A stretch of 32,000 nucleotides of DNA from an uncultured archaeon (GCA_964565725.1 CAZMGA010000002.1:1-32000), one strand, 5' to 3'; positions 7,856 to 17,242 are shown, numbered from the stretch's first letter. Numbers and translations are program-made. The notes: generated from the letters alone by a model not told the origin.

Positions 7856-8857
7856 ATGAGTAAGAAAAGTAAGCCACATGCAGGATCAGTGGCATATTAT
7901 CCAAAAAAAAGAGCAGATAGTATTATACCAAAATTTAATAGTTTACCTGTTCCAAAAAGTGAAAATGTACAAATATTGAATTATTATGGTTATAAAGTTG
8001 GTATGTTACATGTAATGGCTATGAACAAACATAAAGGTTCTCCATACAATAATCAAAAAGTAGCTTTACCTTCCACAGTTATTGAATTCCCACCTATAAG
8101 TATATTAGGTGTTAGATTTTATACTAAGAAAAGAAATGCCAATAAAGCCTTGAAAGAATTTATACTTCCTTCTAAAGGAAGTAAATTCTTGTCTAAGAGA
8201 ATAACTGGTATTAATAGAATGAAAGAAAAAGGAGATTTATTAAAATCAATTAATGATTATTTTGAAGAAAATAAAGAAAAAATAACTGATTTGGTTTTAA
8301 TATCACAAACTCATCCTGAAAAAACTACAATAGGTAAAAAGAGCCCTGAAGTAGTAGAATTAAAATTAAGTGGTAAATTAGAAGATAAATTTACTTATTT
8401 TAAAGAACATTTAGGAAAAGATTTAGATATTGAAGATGCTTTTAAAGAAAGTTTATTTGTAGATGTTAAAGGAATAACTATAGGTAAAGGTTTTTCTGGA
8501 ACTATAAAAAGACATGGTATTAAAAGATTAAGTCATAAATCTGAAAAAGGTGTAAGAGGGGTAGGTTCTATTGGTCCTTGGCATCCACCTTTAATTATGA
8601 GTACTGTTCCTAGACCTGGACAATTAGGTTTTTATAATAGAATTGAATTAAATAAAAGAATATTGAAATTTTTACCATCTACTGAAATTAATCCTAAAAG
8701 TGGTTGGGAAGGTTATGGTGTAGTAAAAAATAAAGCAGGAATATTTTCTGGTTCAATACCAGGTCATGTTAAAAGATTAGTTGCTATAAGATATGCTAGT
8801 AGAACTAATAAAATATCCAAGTTAGATATTTCTGAAATTACTAATATAGTATTTTAA
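7856..8857 (+). CDS. rpl3: Ribosomal protein L3 (uL3)
   Basis: KSKPHAGSVAYYPKKRADSIIPKF, FVDVKGITIGKGFSGTIKRHG, GSIGPWHPPLIMSTVPRPGQLGFYNRIELNKRI. Confidence 0.97.
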   Translation: MSKKSKPHAGSVAYYPKKRADSIIPKFNSLPVPKSENVQILNYYGYKVGMLHVMAMNKHKGSPYNNQKVALPSTVIEFPPISILGVRFYTKKRNANKALKEFILPSKGSKFLSKRITGINRMKEKGDLLKSINDYFEENKEKITDLVLISQTHPEKTTIGKKSPEVVELKLSGKLEDKFTYFKEHLGKDLDIEDAFKESLFVDVKGITIGKGFSGTIKRHGIKRLSHKSEKGVRGVGSIGPWHPPLIMSTVPRPGQLGFYNRIELNKRILKFLPSTEINPKSGWEGYGVVKNKAGIFSGSIPGHVKRLVAIRYASRTNKISKLDISEITNIVF

Positions 8858-8867
8858 GGTGTTATAA

Positions 8868-9674
8868 ATGGAAGTAAATGTTTACAAATTAGATGGTTCT
8901 GTAAGTGAGAAAGTAAAATTACCTGAAGTATTTGATTTTCCATACAGACCAAAAATAATAAATAGAGCTGTATTAGCTGCAAATAGTGCAAAAATACAAC
9001 CAAAAGGTGCTTATGCTAATGCTGGTAGAGATACTAGTGCTGTATATTTAGGTAGAAGAGGTAGACCTGATTGTTTAATGAATCAAGGTATTGCTAGAAA
9101 ACCTAGATCAAAAGATAAAAGAAGATTAATTGAAGGTCAAGTAAAAGGAATTTCAGGTGTAGTAAAAGGTCCTAAAGCACACGCTTTAAAACCCCAAGAA
9201 ATTCAAAAAGAAGAAATTAATAGAAAAGAAAAATTATTGGCATTAAAAAGTGCTTTAAGTGCAATAAAAGATGCAATTTTAGTAAAATTAAGAGGTCATA
9301 AATTTGATCCTAAATTAACTTTGCCTGTAATAGTTGTAGATGATTTAGAAACTGTAAAAAAAACTAAAGATGTTGAAAACTTTTTAGTAAAATTAGGTTT
9401 AATAGAAGATATTGAAAGAGCAAAAGATAGAAAGAACATAAGAGCTGGAAAAGGAAAAGCAAGAGGTAGAAAATATAAAAGAGCAAAATCTATTTTATTT
9501 GTAGTTTCCAAAGAGAATTTAACTTTACAAAAATCAGCAAGAAATTTAGAAGGGGTAGATATTGTAGCAGTTAAAAATCTATGTGCTAGAGATTTAGCTC
9601 CTGGTGGATTAGCTGGTAGATTAACTATATTTACTAAAAGCGCAATAAAAAATTTAAATGAAAGAAAAATGTGA
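8868..9674 (+). CDS. rpl4: Ribosomal protein L4 (uL4)
   Basis: FPYRPKIINRAVLAANSAKIQPKGAYANAGRDTSAVYLGRRG; C-terminal ARDLAPGGLAGRLTIFTKSAI. Confidence 0.97.
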   Translation: MEVNVYKLDGSVSEKVKLPEVFDFPYRPKIINRAVLAANSAKIQPKGAYANAGRDTSAVYLGRRGRPDCLMNQGIARKPRSKDKRRLIEGQVKGISGVVKGPKAHALKPQEIQKEEINRKEKLLALKSALSAIKDAILVKLRGHKFDPKLTLPVIVVDDLETVKKTKDVENFLVKLGLIEDIERAKDRKNIRAGKGKARGRKYKRAKSILFVVSKENLTLQKSARNLEGVDIVAVKNLCARDLAPGGLAGRLTIFTKSAIKNLNERKM

Positions 9675-9679
9675 TGGTT

Positions 9680-9940
9680 ATGGAATATTATGATGTAATA
9701 TATTATCCTTTAATTTCTGAAAAAGCAGTAAATATGATAGAAACTGAAAATAAAATTGCTTTTTTAGTTAATAAAGATGCAACAAAATTAGATATAAAAA
9801 AGGCTGTTGAAGATGCATATAAAGTAAAGGTAGATAGTGTAAACATAATTTTAGATACTAAAGGTAATAAAAGAGCATTTGTTAAATTAAATAAACAATT
9901 TAAAGCAAGTGATTTATCTAGTAAATTAGGAATGGTATAA
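9680..9940 (+). CDS. rpl23: Ribosomal protein L23 (uL23)
   Basis: YYDVIYYPLISEKAVNMIETENKIAFLVNKDATKLDIKKAVEDAYKVKV; ORF-track start 9671 lies upstream of the more likely ATG. Confidence 0.95.
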   Translation: MEYYDVIYYPLISEKAVNMIETENKIAFLVNKDATKLDIKKAVEDAYKVKVDSVNIILDTKGNKRAFVKLNKQFKASDLSSKLGMV

Positions 9941-9970
9941 GTTAATTCATAATTTTTAAAGGTGAAGAAG

Positions 9971-10690
9971 ATGAAAAGATTAAAGATGCAAAGAAGAGGA
10001 AAAGGATCTCCTAGATATATGGCTAAGAAGAATTCCGTTGCAAAAATAAAATATCCTTTTAATTATACTCAAACAGTATTAAATGGAGAAATTGTAGATA
10101 TTGTTCATAATAGTGGAAAAACAGCACCTTTGGCAAATATAGTTTTAGAAAATAATGAAAGTTTTTATATTCCTGCTGGTGAAGGTACTTTTGTAGGCAT
10201 GAAATTTCAAGTAGGAAAAGGTGCAAAAATAAGTTTAGGTAGTATTTTACCTATTGGTGAATTAAAACCAGGTATGCCTATTTATAATTTAGAAAGTAGA
10301 CCAGGAAATGGTGGTAGTTTTTGTAGAGCTGGTGGTGCTTTTAGTGAAGTAATTAGCGTTGAAGAAAATGCAGTTTATGTTAAAATGAAATCAGGTCAAA
10401 AAAGAAAAATTGATCCTAAAAGTTTATGTACTGTAGGAATAGTTTCCTCAGGTAGTAGAACTATAAAACCTTTTTATAAAGCAGGAAATAAAAGTTATTT
10501 TATGGCTGCAAAAGGTGGAAGATTATATCCTAGTGTAAGAGGTTATGCAATGAATGCAGTAGATCACCCACATGGTGGATCTGGACATAACTCTCCTGGT
10601 AGACAAAAACCACATTCTAAGAAATTTGGTGCACCAGGTCAAAAAGTTGGACACTTTGGTTCTAAAAAAACAGGTAGAAAAAAGAAGTAG
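9971..10690 (+). CDS. rpl2: Ribosomal protein L2 (uL2)
   Basis: QRRGKGSPRYMAKKN, NALGSILPIGELKPGMPIYNLE-like core, YPSVRGYAMNAVDHPHGGSGH; ATG 9971 follows the GGTGA SD (track GTG 9962 lies within the SD). Confidence 0.97.
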   Translation: MKRLKMQRRGKGSPRYMAKKNSVAKIKYPFNYTQTVLNGEIVDIVHNSGKTAPLANIVLENNESFYIPAGEGTFVGMKFQVGKGAKISLGSILPIGELKPGMPIYNLESRPGNGGSFCRAGGAFSEVISVEENAVYVKMKSGQKRKIDPKSLCTVGIVSSGSRTIKPFYKAGNKSYFMAAKGGRLYPSVRGYAMNAVDHPHGGSGHNSPGRQKPHSKKFGAPGQKVGHFGSKKTGRKKK

Positions 10691-10705
10691 AATTGGTGAG
10701 ATTTT

Positions 10706-11098
10706 ATGGTTAAAGATTTTAAGTATAGAGGATTGTCTTTAGAAGAATTAGCAAAAAAAAGTAATAATGATTTAGAAAAAGTATTAAATGCAAGAGCAAG
10801 AAGATCATTAAAAAGAGTTAAAGATTATCCTAAAAAAGTAATAAGAGCTATTGACGCTAATGTTTTAGGAAAAGAAACAAAAATAGTAAAAACTCATAGA
10901 AGAGATATTTTAGTTCTTCCAAAAATGGTTGGTTTAAAATTTTCTGTATATGATGGAAAAGAATTTGTACCTATTACGATAGTTGATGAAATGATTGGTT
11001 TTTATTTAGGTGAATTTATAGATACTAGAAAAAGACCTAAGCACAGTAAAGCTGGAATTGGTGCAACTAAATCTTCAAAGCACACTGCTAAGAAGTAA
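10706..11098 (+). CDS. rps19: Ribosomal protein S19 (uS19)
   Basis: FKYRGLSLEEL, KTHRRDILVLPKMVGLKFSVYDGKEFVPITI, GEFIDTRKRPKHSKAGIGATKSSKH. Confidence 0.97.
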   Translation: MVKDFKYRGLSLEELAKKSNNDLEKVLNARARRSLKRVKDYPKKVIRAIDANVLGKETKIVKTHRRDILVLPKMVGLKFSVYDGKEFVPITIVDEMIGFYLGEFIDTRKRPKHSKAGIGATKSSKHTAKK

Positions 11099-11110
11099 AT
11101 GGTGATTATA

Positions 11111-11731
11111 ATGACTACATATTACAAAATAAAAGATAAAGATGCTTATGCAAAAGCAAATAATTGTTCAATATCTATGAAATATTCTGTAGAATTAGCT
11201 AGAGAAATAAAAAATAAACCATATAATAAAATAGTTAAATATTTAGAAAATATAATAGATTTGAAAACACATTTGCCATTAAGAAGATATAATAGAGATG
11301 TAGCACATAGAAAAGGACCAGCATTAAGTGGTGTAAAATCTGGTAGATATCCTGTTAAAACTGCAAAATATTTTTTAAAGGTTTTAGAATCTGCAAAAGC
11401 AAATGCTGATTATAAAGGATTAGAATCTACAAAAAAAGATTTAATAATAAAAGGTGCTGTAGTATCTCAAGGTGTAAAAAGATATAGTTTTCAAACACAA
11501 GGAAGAAGAAGATTAAGAAGAAAACAAACTGTAAATATAGAAATTGTTTTAACTAATCAAGGAAAATATGTTAAAAAAATAGATACTAAAAAAACTTCTG
11601 AAAAACCTAAAGAAATAAAACCAGAAGTAAATAATGTTAAAGCTGAAACTAATGTTGTACTTAAAAAAGAAGAAAAAGTTATAACAAAAGTTAAAGCTGA
11701 AAAGAAAGAGGAAAATAAAAATAAAAAGTGA
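11111..11731 (+). CDS. rpl22: Ribosomal protein L22 (uL22) with Lys/Glu-rich C-terminal extension
   Basis: MKYSVELAREIKNKPYNKIVKYLENI, YPVKTAKYFLKVLESAKANADYKGL, QTQGRRRLRRKQTVNIEIVL; ATG 11111 after the GGTGAT SD. Confidence 0.93.
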   Translation: MTTYYKIKDKDAYAKANNCSISMKYSVELAREIKNKPYNKIVKYLENIIDLKTHLPLRRYNRDVAHRKGPALSGVKSGRYPVKTAKYFLKVLESAKANADYKGLESTKKDLIIKGAVVSQGVKRYSFQTQGRRRLRRKQTVNIEIVLTNQGKYVKKIDTKKTSEKPKEIKPEVNNVKAETNVVLKKEEKVITKVKAEKKEENKNKK

Positions 11732-11736
11732 TTTTA

Positions 11737-12675
11737 ATGATAGAAAAATACTTTGTAAAGCAATCATTTAAAAAAATTGATTTAGAAAGATTTTTTGCAA
11801 AACATTTTGCAAAAGCAGGATTCAATAGTTTATCTATAATTAAAACTCCAGTATCAACTAGATTAGTAATATCTGTTGCAAAACCAGGTATAGCTATTGG
11901 TTATAGTGGAAAAACAATAAAAGGTATAGGTAAAATGATTGAAGAAAAATATGATATAAAAAATCCACAAATAGAAATAAAAAGTGTAGAAGATCCTGAA
12001 TATAATGTAAAATATATTGTTCAAAATATAGTAAAGGATTTGGAAAGAGGCCAAAATTGGAAATCCGTAGCTTTTAGAGCTGTGAAAATGTTATCTGATT
12101 TACCAATTATGGGTTTTGAATTAATATTTAAAGGTAAATTAATGTCTAAAGGTGGACGAAAAATGAAATATAGATTTATTAATGGTTATTTAAAAACTGT
12201 TGGTAATCAAACAAAATTAGTAAAATTTGCAATGGCTGGGGCAAGTACAAAATCTGGTGTTATTGGTGTAAGATTAAGATTGGTACCACCTAATGTTTTA
12301 TTCCCTGATAAAGTTGGTGAAAAAGAAATAAAAGAAGCTATTGAAAAAAAAGTAATTGTTGAAGTTGAAAAAGAAGGTTCTAAAGAAAAAGAAATAATTG
12401 ATATTAAAACTATAGAAAAAGAAGTAAAAAACAAAGAAGAAAAAAATAATGAAGATATTAAACCTAAAAAAGTAAAATCTTCAGAAATAAAAACTTCTAA
12501 AGAAAATATTGAAAAAAAAGTAGTTAAAGAAAAAGAAACAAAAGATAAAAAAGAAAAAGACAAAGAAGAAGTAAAAGAACAAAACAATTCAAATGATGTG
12601 GAAAAACCAAAAGAAATTTCAAAATCTAAAAAAGTTGTAGAAAAAAAAGAAAAAACAACAAAAAAAGATAAGTGA
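11737..12675 (+). CDS. rps3: Ribosomal protein S3 (uS3) with ~100-aa charged C-terminal extension
   Basis: KH region GIAIGYSGKTIKGIGKMI; MGFELIFKGKLMSKGGRKMKYRFINGYLK; TKSGVIGVRLRLVPPNVLFPDKV; ATG 11737 preferred over GTG 11728. Confidence 0.93.
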   Translation: MIEKYFVKQSFKKIDLERFFAKHFAKAGFNSLSIIKTPVSTRLVISVAKPGIAIGYSGKTIKGIGKMIEEKYDIKNPQIEIKSVEDPEYNVKYIVQNIVKDLERGQNWKSVAFRAVKMLSDLPIMGFELIFKGKLMSKGGRKMKYRFINGYLKTVGNQTKLVKFAMAGASTKSGVIGVRLRLVPPNVLFPDKVGEKEIKEAIEKKVIVEVEKEGSKEKEIIDIKTIEKEVKNKEEKNNEDIKPKKVKSSEIKTSKENIEKKVVKEKETKDKKEKDKEEVKEQNNSNDVEKPKEISKSKKVVEKKEKTTKKDK

Positions 12676-12680
12676 TTATT

Positions 12681-12980
12681 ATGAGTAAAAAAAGATCAAA
12701 AGAATTTAGAGAAATGGGTGTTGAAGAATTAAAAAATAAAATTAAGGAATTAAAAGCAAATTATTCTAAAGATATTGTAAAATTAAAAACAGGTGCTCAT
12801 GAAAATAAAGCTATAAAATTAAGTAATGAAAGAAGAAAAGTTGCGAGAGCATTAACAATATTAAATGAAAAAGAAAATCCTAAAATACAACCAAAAGAAA
12901 TTTCAAAATCTAAAAAAGTAGTAGAAAAAAAAGAAGTTGTAAAAAAAGTAAAAGAAGTAAAAAAAGAAAAAAATAAGTGA
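12681..12980 (+). CDS. rpl29: Ribosomal protein L29 (uL29) with Lys-rich C-terminal extension
   Basis: FREMGVEELKNKIKELKANYSKDIVKLKTGAHENKAIKLSNERRKVARALTILNE; operon position. Confidence 0.92.
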   Translation: MSKKRSKEFREMGVEELKNKIKELKANYSKDIVKLKTGAHENKAIKLSNERRKVARALTILNEKENPKIQPKEISKSKKVVEKKEVVKKVKEVKKEKNK

Positions 12981-12988
12981 ATTAAGTT

Positions 12989-13288
12989 ATGGTTGAAATT
13001 TGTAATATATGTGGTTTACCAAAAGACATCTGTGTATGTCAAAAAATAAGTACAGAACAAAGAAAATTGAATATTTTTGAAAAACATGTTAGAGGTCCAA
13101 TATTTATAACTATTGTTAATGGTGTTGAGGATCAAAAAGAATTAGAAGATCTTTTAAAAGATTTAAAGAAAAAATTAGCATGTGGTGGAACATTAAAAAA
13201 AGATGAAATTGTTTTACAAGGAAAACATAAAAAGAAAATAGTAAATTACCTTTTGGAGAAAGGTTATGATGAATCGCAAATATCCTAA
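12989..13288 (+). CDS. Translation initiation factor SUI1/eIF1 homolog
   Basis: EICNICGLPKDICVCQKI zinc knuckle plus LKKKLACGGTLKKDEIVLQGKHKKKIVNYLLEKGY. Confidence 0.93.
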   Translation: MVEICNICGLPKDICVCQKISTEQRKLNIFEKHVRGPIFITIVNGVEDQKELEDLLKDLKKKLACGGTLKKDEIVLQGKHKKKIVNYLLEKGYDESQIS

Positions 13289-13529
13289 AGAAACATTAAC
13301 AATGATTTATTTAGGTAAGAATATATCAGTAAGTAAAAGTTCTGATAAATCTAAAGAAAATATTTGTGGTATTGTTTTGAAAGAAACAAAAAATATGTTT
13401 TTTATAAAAACAAATAATGATGTAAAAAAGATTCCTAAAAAGGAATGTTTATTTAAAATTGAAAATTATGAAATAGAGGGAAAAGATATTTGTTATACAT
13501 TAGCAGATAGAATAAAAAAATATGCTTAG
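13266..13529 (+). CDS. rnp1: RNase P protein component 1 (Rpp29/Rnp1)
   Basis: NICGIVLKETKNMFFIKTNNDVKKIPKKECLFKIE...YTLADRIKKYA; conserved SUI1-rnp1-S17 synteny. Confidence 0.85.
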   Translation: MMNRKYPKETLTMIYLGKNISVSKSSDKSKENICGIVLKETKNMFFIKTNNDVKKIPKKECLFKIENYEIEGKDICYTLADRIKKYA

Positions 13530-13537
13530 GTGATTTG

Positions 13538-13810
13538 ATGGTTGTATATCCAATAAGAGGAACTGTATTTGAAGCAACAGTAATAAGACAAAAAACACCA
13601 AAAACTGTTGTAGTTAAAAGAGATATTGTAAAATATATTCCTAAATTTGAAAGAAATTTAATAAAAACTGCAAAATATGCAGTTCATTTACCTGAAGAAA
13701 TAAGTGTAAATGTTGGTGATTTAGTAATGGTTGGAGAAACTAGAAAAATAAGTAAAACAAAGAATTTTGTAATTATGTCAAAAGTAGAAAAAAAAGGTGA
13801 CAAAAAATGA
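13538..13810 (+). CDS. rps17: Ribosomal protein S17 (uS17)
   Basis: IRGTVFEATVIRQKTPKTVVVKRDIVKYIPKFERNLIKTAKYAVHLPEEISVNVGDLVMVGETRKISKTKNFVIM. Confidence 0.96.
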   Translation: MVVYPIRGTVFEATVIRQKTPKTVVVKRDIVKYIPKFERNLIKTAKYAVHLPEEISVNVGDLVMVGETRKISKTKNFVIMSKVEKKGDKK

Positions 13811-14205
13811 AAGCTATGAGTTCAACTTCAATTAAAGGTTTAGTATTAAATTCTACTCTGGATTGTACTGATAACACTGGTGCAAAAGAAGTATATATTA
13901 TAAGTGTATTTGGTCATAAAACTAGAAAATGTCAAATTCCTAGTGCTGGTATTGGGGATGTAATAAATGTTATAGTTTTAAAAGGAAAACCAGAAATGAA
14001 AAAAAAGAAATTTAAAGCAGTAATTGTAAGAAGTAAAAGTGGTATGAAAAGAGTTAATGGTACAAAATTAAAATTTGATACTAACGCATGTGTAATAATA
14101 GATAACGAAGGTGTACCAAAATCTAGTGAAGTAAAAGGTACTGTACCAAAAGAAGTAGGAGAAAGATTCCCTAAAGTAGTGGGTAGAGCTGCTTACGTAA
14201 TATAG
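13807..14205 (+). CDS. rpl14: Ribosomal protein L14 (uL14)
   Basis: LDCTDNTGAKEVYIISVFG, AGIGDVINVIVLKGKPEMKKKKFKAVIVRSK, KFDTNACVIIDNEG. Confidence 0.97.
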   Translation: MKAMSSTSIKGLVLNSTLDCTDNTGAKEVYIISVFGHKTRKCQIPSAGIGDVINVIVLKGKPEMKKKKFKAVIVRSKSGMKRVNGTKLKFDTNACVIIDNEGVPKSSEVKGTVPKEVGERFPKVVGRAAYVI

Positions 14206-14215
14206 AGTGATATTT

Positions 14216-14539
14216 ATGGTTATTAAAAAAGAAGAATTACATATTTTGAGAAAAACAATCTGTGGGCATTTATCAAAAGAATTAAGAGAAAAATACAAAA
14301 AAAGAGCTATGCCTATTAGAAAAGGAGATACAGTAATAATATTAACTGGTAAATATAGTAAAAAATCAGGTAAAGTTATGGAAGTAAATGCCAAAGGATT
14401 TATTTTGGTAGAAAACATACAAATAAGTAAAAAAGATGGTAAAACTGTGCCTGTAAAAATACAACCTTCTAATGTACTTTTAACTGAATTATATAAAGAT
14501 GATGAAAGAAGATTCAAACATATTACCAAGGTGATTTAA
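14216..14539 (+). CDS. rpl24: Ribosomal protein L24 (uL24)
   Basis: KKRAMPIRKGDTVIILTGKYSKKSGKVMEVN KOW motif; ATG 14216 after the GTGAT SD. Confidence 0.93.
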   Translation: MVIKKEELHILRKTICGHLSKELREKYKKRAMPIRKGDTVIILTGKYSKKSGKVMEVNAKGFILVENIQISKKDGKTVPVKIQPSNVLLTELYKDDERRFKHITKVI

Positions 14540-15250
14540 ATGGCAAATAAAACAGGTAAAAATCGTCAAAAAAGAATAAGTTATATAGGTAAAGCAAGAA
14601 TAAATAAAAAAGAAAGTGTTTGGGCATTTAAAACAAGACCTGGAGCACATGCAAAAAATATGAGTGCAACTTTCGCAAATGTAATTAGAGATATTTTAAA
14701 ACTTGCACAAAATACAAGAGAAGTAAAATATATTTTGAATAATAAAAATTGTTTAGTTAATGGATCAAGAGTAAAAGATTATAAATTTTCTATTGGCTTG
14801 TTTGATATTATTGAATTTAAAGATGTTGATAAAGTATATAGAGTAATTTTTAATTCACATGATAAAATAGAATTGTTAGAATTATCTAAAGAAGATAAAT
14901 TAATTAGACCTTGTAGAATTACTAAAAAGAAAATAATTGGTAAAGATAAAATACAAGTTGGTTTTGGAAACGGATTTAATTGGATATTACCAAAAGGTAA
15001 AAATGTGAAATTAGGTGATACTGTTATTTACGATGTTTCTAAAAAAGAATTTACTGATATATTAGAAATGAAAGAAAATGTTAAGACTTATATTTTTGGA
15101 GGTCCTCATGTAAGTAAAATGGGTACTTTAAAAAATATAGTTAAAGGTGATTTGAGAAAATCAAGTGAAATTACAATTGAGTCTAAAGGTAAAGATTTGA
15201 AAACTATGGAAAAATATGTTTTTGCAATACCTAATGATTTTTTGAATTAA
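14540..15250 (+). CDS. rps4e: Ribosomal protein S4e
   Basis: FKTRPGAHAKNMSATFANVIRDILKLAQNTREVKYILNNKNCLVNGSRVKDYKFSIGLFDIIE; GGPHVSKMGTLKNI. Confidence 0.95.
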   Translation: MANKTGKNRQKRISYIGKARINKKESVWAFKTRPGAHAKNMSATFANVIRDILKLAQNTREVKYILNNKNCLVNGSRVKDYKFSIGLFDIIEFKDVDKVYRVIFNSHDKIELLELSKEDKLIRPCRITKKKIIGKDKIQVGFGNGFNWILPKGKNVKLGDTVIYDVSKKEFTDILEMKENVKTYIFGGPHVSKMGTLKNIVKGDLRKSSEITIESKGKDLKTMEKYVFAIPNDFLN

Positions 15251-15264
15251 TTAAGTGATATTTT

Positions 15265-15792
15265 ATGGCTAATGAAAAAGTAAAAGAAAATCCAATGAAA
15301 GAAATAGAAATTGATAAAGTTGTTGTGCATATTTGTACTGGTGAAACTGGTCAAAAATTAGATAATGCTAAAAAAATATTAACTCTTTTGACTAATAGAA
15401 AACCAATTGAAACTATGTCAAAAACAAAGTTGCCTAAATGGGGTTTAAGACCTGGTATTCCTATAGGTATAAAAATAACTTTAAGAAAAAAAGAAGCAGA
15501 AGAATTTTTGAAAAAAACATTAGATGCAAAATCTTTTACATTGAATAAAAGATGTTTAGATAAAAATGGTAATTTTGCATTTGGAATTGCAGAACATATT
15601 GATATTAAAGGTATGAAATATGATCCTAAAATAGGTATTTATGGTTTTGATGTAATAGTATCTATGAAAAGAAAAGGATTTAGAATAAAATATAGAAAAT
15701 TAAAAAGATTACCTTTAAATGAAAGTATGAAAATTAGTAAAGATGAAACAATAAATTTCTTAACTAAAAAATATGGTGTAAAATTTAATTAA
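15265..15792 (+). CDS. rpl5: Ribosomal protein L5 (uL5)
   Basis: NPMKEIEIDKVVVHICTGETGQKLDNAKKILTLLTNRKPIETMSKTKLPKWGLRPGIPIGIKITLR. Confidence 0.97.
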   Translation: MANEKVKENPMKEIEIDKVVVHICTGETGQKLDNAKKILTLLTNRKPIETMSKTKLPKWGLRPGIPIGIKITLRKKEAEEFLKKTLDAKSFTLNKRCLDKNGNFAFGIAEHIDIKGMKYDPKIGIYGFDVIVSMKRKGFRIKYRKLKRLPLNESMKISKDETINFLTKKYGVKFN

Positions 15793-15800
15793 GTGATATT

Positions 15801-15935
15801 ATGAAAGATAATAGAAAAGTAGTATGTAAATTTTGTGGTTCTGGTAAAGCTATTGTTAGAAAATATGATTTATATCTTTGTAGAAGATGTTTTAAAGATA
15901 ATGCAGAAGCTTTAGGATTCCAAAAACTTGAGTGA
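15801..15935 (+). CDS. rps14: Ribosomal protein S14 (uS14), zinc-ribbon type
   Basis: Manual translation MKDNRKVVCKFCGSGKAIVRKYDLYLCRRCFKDNAEALGFQKLE (44 aa, CxxC...CxxC); absent from the supplied ORF track because of its length. Confidence 0.95.
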   Translation: MKDNRKVVCKFCGSGKAIVRKYDLYLCRRCFKDNAEALGFQKLE

Positions 15936-15945
15936 GGTGTAAAAT

Positions 15946-16335
15946 ATGAGTAAAGATACATTTTCAGACGCATTGACTCATATTAAAAATAGCGACTTTG
16001 TTGCTAAACCAATGTGTAATATAAATATAGTAAATTCTTTGTTATTAAATACATTGAAAATATTAAAATCTGAAAAATACATCGAAAATTTTGATGTGAA
16101 AACAAATGATTGTAAAAAGAATGTAATAGTTTCTCTAAATGGTATGTTAACTAATTTGAAAGCTGTAAAGCCTAGATATCCTGTTAGTTATACTGAATTA
16201 GAAAAATTTGAAAAAAGATATTTGCCATCAAGAAATGTGGGTATATTAATATTATCTACTCCACAAGGTCTTAAAACACATGTAGAAGCTAAAAAAGAAA
16301 AAATTGGTGGTAGATTAATAGCTTATGTGTATTAA
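15946..16335 (+). CDS. rps8: Ribosomal protein S8 (uS8)
   Basis: DALTHIKNSDF, KPRYPVSYTELEKFEKRYLPSRNVGILILSTPQGLKTHVEA...GGRLIAYVY. Confidence 0.97.
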   Translation: MSKDTFSDALTHIKNSDFVAKPMCNINIVNSLLLNTLKILKSEKYIENFDVKTNDCKKNVIVSLNGMLTNLKAVKPRYPVSYTELEKFEKRYLPSRNVGILILSTPQGLKTHVEAKKEKIGGRLIAYVY

Positions 16336-16346
16336 AGGTGACATTT

Positions 16347-16877
16347 ATGAAATTAGAAATTAATATTCCAGAAAAAATTAATGTTAAGTTAGATAATAAT
16401 ATATTAAATGTAAAAGGCCCACAAGGTGAAATAGAAAAAGAATTTAAATCTAAATTAATAAATATTTCTATGAAGGATAAAATAATATATTTAGAAACTA
16501 TTAATGAAAGAAAAAATAGTTTGTCAATATTAAATACTACTAAATCTTTAATAGAAAATATGTTTAGTGGTACTGAAAAAAAATATACTTATGTTTTAAG
16601 AGGAGTGTATTCTCACTTTCCGTTAACTTTATCTGTTAAAGGAGATAATTTTGTTATAAATAATTATTTAGGTGAAAAAAACGTTAAAACTGTTAAAATA
16701 CCAAAAAATGTAGAAGTAAGTATTAAAGGTAAAGAAGTTTATATTAAATCTGTAGATAAAGCTTTAGCAGGTAATATTGCAGGATTAATTGAAAATAGTG
16801 CTAAAGTATTAAATAGAGATAGAAGAATTTTTCAAGATGGAATTTATATAATTACAAAAGGTGTACAAAATGAGTAA
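16347..16877 (+). CDS. rpl6: Ribosomal protein L6 (uL6)
   Basis: LEINIPEKINVKLDNNILNVKGPQGEIEKEF; GVYSHFPLTLSVKGDNFVINNYLGEK; ATG 16347 preferred over GTG 16338. Confidence 0.95.
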   Translation: MKLEINIPEKINVKLDNNILNVKGPQGEIEKEFKSKLINISMKDKIIYLETINERKNSLSILNTTKSLIENMFSGTEKKYTYVLRGVYSHFPLTLSVKGDNFVINNYLGEKNVKTVKIPKNVEVSIKGKEVYIKSVDKALAGNIAGLIENSAKVLNRDRRIFQDGIYIITKGVQNE

Positions 16878-17232
16878 TAATGTTAAAAATATGCCTACTT
16901 TCAGAGGTAGATTTGGAACTAGAAGTAAAAGAAAAAAATCTATTGCTAAATGGAATAAATGGAGATTTCCTAGAGGTATAGATATTGTTTTTGGTAAAGG
17001 CGATAATCAAAATCCAAGCATAGGTTATGGTACAGATAGGAAAGTAAGAAATTTGCATCCTACAAAAAGAGTTGAAATTTATGTTAGAAATTTAGATTCT
17101 TTAAAAAGACATGTTGCTGAAAACAAAGATGTTAATAAATATATTTATAGATTATCTGCAAATTTAGGTGCTAAAAAAAGAATTGAAATAAAAGAATTTG
17201 CTAAAGAAAAAAAATTAAAAGTAATTAATTAA
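16870..17232 (+). CDS. rpl32e: Ribosomal protein L32e
   Basis: KWNKWRFPRGIDIVF...IGYGTDRKVRNLHPTKRVEIYVRNLDSL...LGAKKRIEIKEFAKEKKLKVIN. Confidence 0.92.
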   Translation: MSNNVKNMPTFRGRFGTRSKRKKSIAKWNKWRFPRGIDIVFGKGDNQNPSIGYGTDRKVRNLHPTKRVEIYVRNLDSLKRHVAENKDVNKYIYRLSANLGAKKRIEIKEFAKEKKLKVIN

Positions 17233-17242
17233 AGGTGTCTTT

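Noticed and set aside
12360-12970. Lys/Glu-coding A-rich tracts as a tandem repeat array or CRISPR
   Set aside because: No regular repeat/spacer periodicity; apart from the S3/L29 45-nt pair the similarity is low-complexity composition.
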